Source: Dehalococcoidia bacterium (lineage in GTDB: Bacteria; Chloroflexota; Dehalococcoidia; Lucifugimonadales; Lucifugimonadaceae). From it: 64,000 nucleotides of DNA. Below the pieces are notes generated by a model. That model worked only from the letters and a program-made list of their open reading frames with translations. It did not search any database and had not been told where the DNA came from. Made by a program: the position numbers and the translations under genes. Of the stretch, positions 28,480 through 36,607 are shown one piece after another. The first letter of the stretch is position 1. The number at the start of each line of letters is the position of its first letter. The stretch is taken from positions 8,931 to 72,930 of the forward strand of contig JAKUNJ010000008.1 of assembly GCA_022451965.1 (NCBI GenBank). Reading direction: 5' to 3'.

Positions 28480-29427
28480 TCAAAGGAAAAGTGCGCCTAC
28501 AGAATCACCTCTATTAGTTCTCTTTATGGCTTCACCAAATAATTCAGAGATTGACAAAATCTTAAGCTTTTTATTTGTGTAATTTATTGGGAGTGAATTT
28601 GTTACTACAACTTCTTTTATCTCTTTAGAATTTACTATTTTTTCTAAAGAATCTTGGGGGAAAACACCATGTGTAGCTGCTACATAAACATCCTTAACTC
28701 CATTTTTTCTTAATAGTTCTGACCCAGCTATCATTGTTCCACCAGTATTTATTTCATCATCAAAAAGTACAGCAGATTGGCCTTTTACATCTCCAATAAT
28801 ACTAAGAGATTCGACTGTATCCTTATTACCTACTCTTCTTTTCTCTATAATTGCCAAAGGAGCTCCTAATTTTGTAGCAAAATCTCTAGCTCTTTTTGTT
28901 CCTCCAATATCAGGAGAAACAACTACTAGGTCATCTAATTTTTTATCAATAAAATATCTTGCAAGGATAGGAAGAGCTGTTAATTCATCAACTGTAGCTG
29001 AGAAAAAACCTTGAACTTGTCCTGCATGTAAATCCATTAGCATTACTCTATCAGCTCCAGCAGTGGTTACTAAGTCTGCAATTAGCCTTCCAGTAATAGG
29101 AACTCTTGGTTGATCTTTCTTATCTGTTCTAGCATAAGAAAAATAAGGTATTACAGCCGTTATTCGACCTGCAGAAGCTCTCTTAGCAGCATCAATCATT
29201 ATTAATAATTCCATTATATGGTCATTTACTGGGTAAGATGTAGGTTGAATTATAAAAACATCTCTCTCGCGAACATTCTCTAAAATTCTTACAAATGTAT
29301 TATCATTAATAAACTTAAATACTTCAGATTTTGTGAGATCTTGACCTATATAAGTAGCTATATCTTTAGCTAGCTGATTATGAGCATTTCCACTAATTAT
29401 TAATGGACCTTTTTGTAAATTTTTCAT
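28480..29427 (-). CDS. prs: Ribose-phosphate pyrophosphokinase
   Basis: 315 aa with the PRPP synthetase motifs DLHAGQVQGFF and VLFDDEINTGGTM. Confidence 0.95.
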   Translation of the reverse strand: MKNLQKGPLIISGNAHNQLAKDIATYIGQDLTKSEVFKFINDNTFVRILENVRERDVFIIQPTSYPVNDHIMELLIMIDAAKRASAGRITAVIPYFSYARTDKKDQPRVPITGRLIADLVTTAGADRVMLMDLHAGQVQGFFSATVDELTALPILARYFIDKKLDDLVVVSPDIGGTKRARDFATKLGAPLAIIEKRRVGNKDTVESLSIIGDVKGQSAVLFDDEINTGGTMIAGSELLRKNGVKDVYVAATHGVFPQDSLEKIVNSKEIKEVVVTNSLPINYTNKKLKILSISELFGEAIKRTNRGDSVGALFL

Positions 29428-29572
29428 AAACTAAATTCTTTCTTATAAATAATTTATCAAAAATTAAAAATAATAATAATAACTTTTGAGAATATATAAA
29501 GAGTAAAAATTTCGAAAATTTTCTAATGAAATTATAAAAAAAGTTTATAATTTAAAATAAATAATTTTTTTT

Positions 29573-30493
29573 ATGGAAATTTATCTAGCCAGCCCAAGAG
29601 GATTTTGCGCAGGAGTTGTACTTGCTATAGACTTAGTTGAAATAGCTATTGAGAAATATGGTGCACCAGTTTATGTTAAGCATCAAATAGTACATAATCC
29701 TGTTGTTGTTTCAGAAGTTGAAACAAAAGGTGCTATAACTGTAGAAAATGTATCAGAAATACCAAATGATTCAGTTGTAGTATTTTCAGCTCATGGTTCA
29801 CCTCCATCTGACTATGAACTTGCAGCCAAAAAAAATCTGAAAGTTATAGATGCAACATGTCCCCTTGTAACTAAAGTGCATAATGAAGCAAAAAAATATT
29901 CAAGAGAAGGGAAAAAAATAATTCTGGTAGGTCATAAAGGGCACCAAGAAGTTATAGGAACTTCTGGTCAAGCTAAAATGGAAATTATTGACGACAGAGA
30001 AGAATTTAATCTTGATAACAAAAACTCTGTCAATGACAAAGATGTTATTGTGCTTTCACAAACAACGCTTTCTGTAAGAGATACCGAAAGTACAATTGAT
30101 AAAATTAAGAATATTTATCCTAAAGCATCTATTAGAAACGATATTTGTTATGCGACTACAAATAGACAAGAAGTTACTGTAAAATTAGCAAAAAAAGTTG
30201 ATCTGATTCTAGTTGTTGGAGCTTCAAATTCATCGAATTGTAATCGTCTAAGAGACGTTTCAATTCAATCTGGAACAAATGCATACCTAATAAATTCATT
30301 TAAGGAAATTGATAATAATTGGCTAAAAGGAATAAAAAAATTAGGTATTACATCAGGTGCCTCAACTCCAGATAAATTAGTTTATGAAATAGTAAAAGAA
30401 TTAAATCCAAAAAAATTGCTAAGATTCCATGATATTGATGAAGAAATAAAATTTGAAATACCAAGAAAAGTAAAACAGTTACTTGATGAATGA
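29573..30493 (+). CDS. ispH: 4-hydroxy-3-methylbut-2-enyl diphosphate reductase
   Basis: 306 aa with GFCAGV, ATCPLVTKVH, DICYATTNRQ (the three cluster Cys) and GASNSSN. Confidence 0.9.
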   Translation: MEIYLASPRGFCAGVVLAIDLVEIAIEKYGAPVYVKHQIVHNPVVVSEVETKGAITVENVSEIPNDSVVVFSAHGSPPSDYELAAKKNLKVIDATCPLVTKVHNEAKKYSREGKKIILVGHKGHQEVIGTSGQAKMEIIDDREEFNLDNKNSVNDKDVIVLSQTTLSVRDTESTIDKIKNIYPKASIRNDICYATTNRQEVTVKLAKKVDLILVVGASNSSNCNRLRDVSIQSGTNAYLINSFKEIDNNWLKGIKKLGITSGASTPDKLVYEIVKELNPKKLLRFHDIDEEIKFEIPRKVKQLLDE

Positions 30494-31038
30494 AAAAAGT
30501 CAGTATAATCTTTATAATTTTTTCAATTTCAATAATAATTTCATGTAAGAATTATATCGAATATGCAGATTCAAATTTTTGTAAAAATAAAGAAATCACA
30601 TACCCAAATATATCTTTGATTCTATTAAGTAATGAAAAAGAATATAACTTAAATCTTTTTTACGCCGATGAAAAAGAAGAGTACCTAAGTGGTTTGATGT
30701 GTATAAAAAAAATACCAGAAGATATTGATGGTATGTTATTTGAATATAAAACAGAGCAAAAATCAAGCTTCTGGATGTATGAAACTTATATTCCTCTAAC
30801 TATTATTTACTTTGATAATAAAAAAGAGTCAATAGATCTTTTAGAAATGAATATATGTAGAAGAAATAATATTAAATCAGATTTAGAATATAGAAAAAAA
30901 TGCTCTGATGAAGCTCAAAAATATTTACCTTCAAAAAGTTATACATTTGCATTAGAAATACCTAGTAATCACAAATATATTGAAGAAATAAAATCAAATT
31001 TAAAAGATCAAAAGCTTAAACTAATTATTAATAATTGA
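30490..31038 (+). CDS. DUF192-family lipoprotein
   Basis: 182 aa with a signal peptide and lipobox (SIIISC). The DUF192-like core is GLMCIK...DGMLFEY....FWMYETYIPLTIIYFD. Its start overlaps the ispH stop. Confidence 0.6.
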   Translation: MKKVSIIFIIFSISIIISCKNYIEYADSNFCKNKEITYPNISLILLSNEKEYNLNLFYADEKEEYLSGLMCIKKIPEDIDGMLFEYKTEQKSSFWMYETYIPLTIIYFDNKKESIDLLEMNICRRNNIKSDLEYRKKCSDEAQKYLPSKSYTFALEIPSNHKYIEEIKSNLKDQKLKLIINN

Positions 31039-31069
31039 TAAGATATCAATATCTAAGTAAGGACACAAT

Positions 31070-31744
31070 TTGAGCTTCATTATTTTAGTTAGACATGGAA
31101 AAAGCCTTTGGAATGAAGAAAATAGATTTACAGGCTGGACAGATATAGATCTATCAGAAAATGGTATCCAAGAGGCTAAAGAAGCTGCAAAAAAAATAAA
31201 AAATAGAAATCTAAGAATACACTCTGCATATAGTTCAATTTTCTCAAGAGCATATAATACTGGAAAAATAATTCTGGAAAAACTAGGGCTAAATCAATTA
31301 GAAATAAAAAAAGACTGGCGAATAAACGAAAGACATTATGGTAATTTACAAGGATTAAATAAAAAAGACACTTCTGATATATATGGAAAAGATCAAGTTT
31401 CAAAATGGAGAAGAAATTATTCTACCAAACCACCTATTTTAGATAAAAATATTTACCTAAGAGATAAATCCTTACCAATATTTAGCGTAATACCAAAAGA
31501 AAAATTCCCAAGAAGTGAATCTCTAAAAGATACATTGTATAGAGTTCAAGAATTCTATAATGAAATTATTTACAAACAGCTACTCGAAGAAAAAAATATA
31601 CTAATATCTGCTCATGGAAATAGTATCAGAGCAATGATTAAAATTTTTGAAAATATAGACGATAAGTCAATTGAGAAGGTAGAAGTTCCTACTGGAGACC
31701 CTATATTTTACGAATTTTCAGATGGAAATATAATGAAAAAATAG
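31070..31744 (+). CDS. gpmA: 2,3-bisphosphoglycerate-dependent phosphoglycerate mutase
   Basis: 224 aa with a TTG start. Contains LVRHGKSLWNEENRFTGW, ERHYG and SAHGNS. Confidence 0.85.
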   Translation: MSFIILVRHGKSLWNEENRFTGWTDIDLSENGIQEAKEAAKKIKNRNLRIHSAYSSIFSRAYNTGKIILEKLGLNQLEIKKDWRINERHYGNLQGLNKKDTSDIYGKDQVSKWRRNYSTKPPILDKNIYLRDKSLPIFSVIPKEKFPRSESLKDTLYRVQEFYNEIIYKQLLEEKNILISAHGNSIRAMIKIFENIDDKSIEKVEVPTGDPIFYEFSDGNIMKK

Positions 31745-31745
31745 T

Positions 31746-31797
31746 TACACGCATTAGTGTACATGTATACAGGTAGTCGAATACGTGTACACGTATA
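31746..31797. promoter_or_regulatory. Cluster of GTGTAC-based dyad and direct repeats (candidate operator or leader structure)
   Basis: Three elements: TACAC-N6-GTGTA (31746-31761); direct repeat GTGTACA[T/C]GTATA at 31757-31769 and 31785-31797; and a perfect 16-bp palindrome ATACGTGTACACGTAT (31781-31796). The cluster lies between the gpmA stop and the MFS start. Confidence 0.35.
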
Positions 31798-33029
31798 TAA
31801 ATATGATTTCAAAAATAAAAAAAACTTATTATGGATGGTGGATCAGCTTATCTGGTGGCCTTAATACTGCTATTTCAAGTATTCCTACATTTAGTGGAGG
31901 AAGCATAATATTTAAAGCAATTGAAGATGAATTTGGTTGGTCAAGGGCAATAGTATCTGGAGTTTCATCATTTGGAAGATTTGGAGGAGCATTACTTGGA
32001 CCAATTGAAGGCTTTCTAACTGATAGATTTGGTGCTTGGAAAATGATTTTTATTGGTTTTATTATTGCAAGTTTGGGTTTATTTTGGCTAAGTACTATCA
32101 ACTCAATAATCTTTTATTATTTATCCTATTTAGTTGTTTCAATAGGAGTTAGCATAGGGGGTTTTGTTCCATCAATGTCTGCAGTGAATGTATGGATGCC
32201 TCATAGAAGAGCCACTGCAATGAGTTTAGTCATAGGGGGGAGTTCTTTTGGGGGCTTTTTTATGCCTTTTATGGTTTTATCTATAGAAAATTATGGTTGG
32301 AGAATAACTCTTATTATAATTGGAATATTATTCATGGTTTTTGGGCCCATTATAGCCTCAGTAATTAGAAAAAAACCTAATTTAGAAGTAATAAATAAAC
32401 TAGTATCTAATCCAAATGTTATACCTAATAGTAATATTACAGCTAAAAATGCTATAAAAACTCAACCTTTTTGGATATTATCCTTATCTCATTTATTTGC
32501 TAATATTTCTGTGGGAGCCTTATCGGCTCATATTTTTATGTATATGACAGATGACAATGGAGTTGGTCTAGATATTATTACAGCTGGTACAATACTACCA
32601 TTTATGTCTGTTCTTCAATTTTTTGGACATATTTCAGGTGGTATAGTTGGCGACATGTATAATAAAAAAATTACTCTACCAATATTTTTTATTATTCAAG
32701 CCTTATCCTTAATAATCCTTGCATATGCAAATAGCTATTTCGATGTTATGTTTTGGTCGGTACTTTGGGGAATTGGTTTTGGAATGAGAACTTCAACTTT
32801 TCATGCTTTTAGAGGTGATTTTTTTGGAGGTAGGCATTATGGCACTATATTGGGAATAAATGCATTACCTATGGGAATTGGCATGATGGTTGCACCAGTT
32901 ATAGTTGGATATATTTATGATTTATATGGAACTTACTTTTATTCATTATTGGTCATGTCGGCGCTTTGCATTATATCTTGTTTACTTATAATTGTTATAA
33001 ATAATCCAAATAAATATGAAAAAAATTAA
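31785..33029 (+). CDS. MFS transporter, oxalate/formate antiporter (OFA)-like paralog 1
   Basis: 414 aa from the track's GTG; ATG 31803 (MISKIKKTYYGWW) is an alternative start. Has the N-terminal YYGWWI...FGWSR motif and 12 TM-like segments. The 3' end overlaps fhs by 14 nt. Confidence 0.8.
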   Translation: MYTYINMISKIKKTYYGWWISLSGGLNTAISSIPTFSGGSIIFKAIEDEFGWSRAIVSGVSSFGRFGGALLGPIEGFLTDRFGAWKMIFIGFIIASLGLFWLSTINSIIFYYLSYLVVSIGVSIGGFVPSMSAVNVWMPHRRATAMSLVIGGSSFGGFFMPFMVLSIENYGWRITLIIIGILFMVFGPIIASVIRKKPNLEVINKLVSNPNVIPNSNITAKNAIKTQPFWILSLSHLFANISVGALSAHIFMYMTDDNGVGLDIITAGTILPFMSVLQFFGHISGGIVGDMYNKKITLPIFFIIQALSLIILAYANSYFDVMFWSVLWGIGFGMRTSTFHAFRGDFFGGRHYGTILGINALPMGIGMMVAPVIVGYIYDLYGTYFYSLLVMSALCIISCLLIIVINNPNKYEKN

Positions 33030-34653
33030 ACCAATTGAACAAATAGCTGATGATTTAGGTTTAGAATCCAAAGATTTAGAATTATATGGAAAATTTAAGG
33101 CTAAGATACCCTTAGAGAATATAAAAAATAATAATAAAAGTTCTAAATTAGTAGTTGTAACAGCGATTACACCAACTCCACTAGGTGAAGGAAAGTCTAC
33201 AACCGCTATAGGCCTAACTCAAGGCCTGGGAAAACTAAATAAAAATGTTGCATTGACTCTCAGGCAACCTTCTCTAGGTCCAGTTTTTGGACATAAGGGA
33301 GGTGGAACAGGCGGAGGGAAAGCTACAGTAGAACCGGCTGTTGATATTAATTTACATTTCAATGGTGATTTTCATGCAATGGAATCAGCTCATAATCTTT
33401 TAGCTGCAATGGTTGACAATAATGTATATAGAAGTGCTATAAATAATTTCCTACCCGAAAATGTCACTTGGAGAAGAGTTACTGATGCAGAAGATAGATC
33501 ACTAAGATCAATTGTATCTGGAATAGGTGGATCTTCAACCTCACCTCTTAGAACAACTGGATTTGATATTTCATCTGCATCTGAAATTATGGCCATTTTA
33601 GCCCTTACAGATTCTTATGAAGACCTAAGACTTAGATTAGGAAATATAGTAGTAGGTTGGAAAAAAGATAAAACTCCTGTTTTAGCAAAAGAAATTAATG
33701 CAGTTGGTTCAATGATGGCACTTCTAAAAGATGCCATTAAGCCAAATCTAGCTCAAACGGTCGAAGGTCAGCCTGCTATAGTTCATATGGGCCCATTTGG
33801 AAATATTGCCCACGGTTGCTCTTCTATTTTGGCAGATCACTTAGCTACATCATATGCAGATTATGTAATAACTGAAGCGGGTTTTGGTGCTGATCTTGGA
33901 TTTGAAAAATTTATGGATATTAAGGTTAGACAAGGTGGACCAAAACCATTTTGTGCTGTTATTGTGGCTACAATAAGAGGCTTAAAATGGCATGGTGGAG
34001 TAGATATAAAAAATCTTTCTGAAAAAAATGAAAAAGCTATCATAGATGGATCAGAAAATCTAAAGAATGCTATTCAAATCGTATCTAAATATGGTCTTAA
34101 TTCAGTTATTGCAATCAATATGTTCCCAGATGACTCTAAAGAAGAAATAAATTTAGTAAAAAAAATATCTCAGGAAAATAACTCTTTAGCAATTCCATGT
34201 TATGGATTCTCTCTTGGAGGAGATGGAATGACTGAATTAGCTTCTTATATATCAGAAATTGAAAAGAATTCTGATGAGATTAATTTACTTTATGAAGATA
34301 AAGAATCCCCAATAAAAAAGGTTGAAAAATTAGCATATGAAATATATTCAGCAGATAAAGTTTCTTGGGCACCAATGACTAGAACAAATCTAAGATTATT
34401 TGAAAAGCAGGGGTGGGATTTCCCTATATGTATGGCTAAAACACATCTTTCAGTATCAGCTGATTCAAAATTAAGAGGTGCTCCAAAAGGTCATACATTA
34501 CCTATAAAAGAAGTTAGAGTTCTAGGTGGTGCTAGACAAATTGTAACCTTAGCAGGAAATATAATCACTCTTCCAGGATTACCTAGTAGTCCAAATGCAT
34601 TCGACATTGACCTAAATGATCAGGGAGAAATTATAAATATATTATCAACTTAA
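33016..34653 (+). CDS. fhs: Formate--tetrahydrofolate ligase
   Basis: 545 aa with TAITPTPLGEGKSTT, VHMGPFGNIAHG and other FTHFS signatures. Confidence 0.95.
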   Translation: MKKIKPIEQIADDLGLESKDLELYGKFKAKIPLENIKNNNKSSKLVVVTAITPTPLGEGKSTTAIGLTQGLGKLNKNVALTLRQPSLGPVFGHKGGGTGGGKATVEPAVDINLHFNGDFHAMESAHNLLAAMVDNNVYRSAINNFLPENVTWRRVTDAEDRSLRSIVSGIGGSSTSPLRTTGFDISSASEIMAILALTDSYEDLRLRLGNIVVGWKKDKTPVLAKEINAVGSMMALLKDAIKPNLAQTVEGQPAIVHMGPFGNIAHGCSSILADHLATSYADYVITEAGFGADLGFEKFMDIKVRQGGPKPFCAVIVATIRGLKWHGGVDIKNLSEKNEKAIIDGSENLKNAIQIVSKYGLNSVIAINMFPDDSKEEINLVKKISQENNSLAIPCYGFSLGGDGMTELASYISEIEKNSDEINLLYEDKESPIKKVEKLAYEIYSADKVSWAPMTRTNLRLFEKQGWDFPICMAKTHLSVSADSKLRGAPKGHTLPIKEVRVLGGARQIVTLAGNIITLPGLPSSPNAFDIDLNDQGEIINILST

Positions 34654-35645
34654 GTGTGACTAATTTTATAATGTTCAGATAATATATCTTCTCCATAATC
34701 TCCATTAAAATCTCTTAATACAGAATGAATATGATTAGCATTATTCTGAGTATTATCGTACTCAATTAGAAAAGAATCATGCTTAATTGTGTAGTAATGC
34801 CCTTTACCTAATTCAACAGAACCTGCCCAAGAAAAATAAGTGTTTTCAAAACCCTTAGCTAATATTTTTTTCATATAAGACTCTGAGATTTCTAAATTAA
34901 ATCTATCTACGTAAACCTTAATTAATTCCACTAAGTTTTTTCTTTCTAAATCACTGAATTGATCAAATTTTATTCCATTATTAAAATCACTATCATCAAA
35001 GTTTCTATAATTTGCAGTGAGTATATCTGGATGAGCTACATTAGATAAAATAGCTTTAGATTTTTTATCTGGTGATAAAGAAGTTATTAATTTTCTAGCC
35101 AGATCTTCTTCTTCAGCCAAAGCTCTAAATCCTTTATGTGGTCCATCTAATACCTTTGCAGGATTTGATCCAAAAAATAATGGATGCATTGAAAATTTAT
35201 TGCCAATAACATTTACTGTAAGTCCAATATGATGCCCACCAAATCTAAAGCCCCAAGGTTCATTATTCATATTAGGTTCTCCAAATAGTGCTAACCAATA
35301 TCTCTCGGTAGATCTTACCCATTGACCAGCTCCACCATCGTAACTATTAGAATGCCTTGCTTCGTAATCACCTAATATTTGTTCTAAATTTATTATAGAT
35401 TTAGCTTTATTATAACCATCTTTTGAATAAGAAATTTCTAGAAGTTCATATACTAATTTCCTTTGAAAGGGTTTCATATCAAAAACAAGTAAACCATTTT
35501 GAGGATGAGGAGTGTAGTACCAAACATATCTTTCTTGATCCTCAAAATTGAACTTCAATTTATTTTTTTGTTTTGTGTCAAAAGAATTTAATATTTCTTG
35601 TACTTTTTTTGATATCTCAAAGATTTTATCGGTATTTGGTTTCAT
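34650..35645 (-). CDS. DUF3500-family protein
   Basis: 331 aa with ERYVWYYTP, WGFRFGGHHIGL and YYTIKHDSFLIEYDNTQNNANHIHSVLRD, as seen in DUF3500 proteins. Confidence 0.65.
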   Translation of the reverse strand: MKPNTDKIFEISKKVQEILNSFDTKQKNKLKFNFEDQERYVWYYTPHPQNGLLVFDMKPFQRKLVYELLEISYSKDGYNKAKSIINLEQILGDYEARHSNSYDGGAGQWVRSTERYWLALFGEPNMNNEPWGFRFGGHHIGLTVNVIGNKFSMHPLFFGSNPAKVLDGPHKGFRALAEEEDLARKLITSLSPDKKSKAILSNVAHPDILTANYRNFDDSDFNNGIKFDQFSDLERKNLVELIKVYVDRFNLEISESYMKKILAKGFENTYFSWAGSVELGKGHYYTIKHDSFLIEYDNTQNNANHIHSVLRDFNGDYGEDILSEHYKISHT

Positions 35646-35666
35646 ATTTATATTGGATCTAATTTG

Positions 35667-35709
35667 TATACTATCAATTATTTTTTTAGTTAAAATAATT
35701 GATAGTATA
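35667..35709. repeat. Perfect 18-bp inverted repeat with 7-nt spacer
   Basis: TATACTATCAATTATTTT (35667-35684), spacer tttagtt, then AAAATAATTGATAGTATA (35692-35709). Centred in the 92-bp divergent intergenic region between the DUF3500 gene and the yfcH-like gene. Confidence 0.7.
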
Positions 35710-35737
35710 GCATCAAAAAAATAAAAAATATGAATCT

Positions 35738-36607
35738 ATGAAAATTCTAATAACTGGCTCAAGAGGGTATATAGGAAAAAACTTGATTGATTTTTTGAGC
35801 GAAAAAAATTTTAATATTTATAAATTAATCAGAGAAAAAAAACAATCGACAAACAATTTATTTTGGGATCCAGTAAATAATATTTTTGATCATAAAATTA
35901 TCGATGGTTACGATGTGATTATCAATCTCAATGGTCAAAGGATAATAAAACCAATAATTCCAGAAAAAAAGACAGAAATTAGAGATAGTAGAATTAATCC
36001 AACTAAACTCTTAGTTGATGCTATAAATAAAGCATCTAAGCCTCCAAAATTATTAATTTCAGCCTCTGCGTCTGGTTTTTATGGAAATAGAAATAATGAA
36101 ATTTTAGATGAAAATTCACCTAAAGGTAGAGGATTTTTATCTAATTTAGTCGAAGAGTGGGAATCAATACAAGAAACAAAAAAAACAAGAGTTATACATT
36201 TAAGACTTGGAACGGTAATAGGTAAAAATTCTCCAATGATAAATATGATGAAAAAATATAATAGTATAGTTGGTGTAAGTAGTTTAGGAAATGGTAGAAA
36301 TTACTTTCCTTGGGTTGGATTAGATGATGTATTGGGATCAATTGAGCATATTATAAATAACGAAAATATTCATGGACCAGTAAATATTACTTCATATAAA
36401 CAATATATTTTGAAAGATGTATTAGATGACATTAACCTGAGATTGAAACCAATAATAAAATTTAAAATACCCAAAAAGATAATTAAGTATGCATTAGGAG
36501 AACTAGGAGTAGAAGTTATTTTGAATAATCAAAATATTAAACCCAAAGTATTGCTTGAATCTAACTATAAGTGGATAAACTCAACACCATTTTCTAGTAT
36601 TAGCTAG
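35738..36607 (+). CDS. TIGR01777/YfcH-like NAD-dependent epimerase-family protein
   Basis: 289 aa with the N-terminal ILITGSRGYIGKNL Rossmann motif and a DUF1731-like C-terminal part. Confidence 0.65.
   Translation: MKILITGSRGYIGKNLIDFLSEKNFNIYKLIREKKQSTNNLFWDPVNNIFDHKIIDGYDVIINLNGQRIIKPIIPEKKTEIRDSRINPTKLLVDAINKASKPPKLLISASASGFYGNRNNEILDENSPKGRGFLSNLVEEWESIQETKKTRVIHLRLGTVIGKNSPMINMMKKYNSIVGVSSLGNGRNYFPWVGLDDVLGSIEHIINNENIHGPVNITSYKQYILKDVLDDINLRLKPIIKFKIPKKIIKYALGELGVEVILNNQNIKPKVLLESNYKWINSTPFSSIS

Noticed and set aside
29428-29572. Short A/T-only palindromes in spacers, considered as operators: ATAAAT-A-ATTTAT and GAAAATTTTC in the prs/ispH spacer, ATAAATATTTAT at 8590-8601, and AAATTTG..CAAATTT at 51842-51871.
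   Set aside because: They consist almost solely of A/T and are short. Matches like these are expected by chance at this base composition, and none has supporting context.
31745-31802. Possible ZTP (pfl) or THF riboswitch upstream of the MFS-fhs pair, and likewise upstream of folD at 14588-14662. Those riboswitch classes often control fhs and folD.
   Set aside because: The spacers are only about 58 and 75 nt. They lack the conserved GC-rich cores, such as the GGGUCGUGAC...CCGCCUGGGCA elements of ZTP. Only simple palindromes and a T-tract are present.
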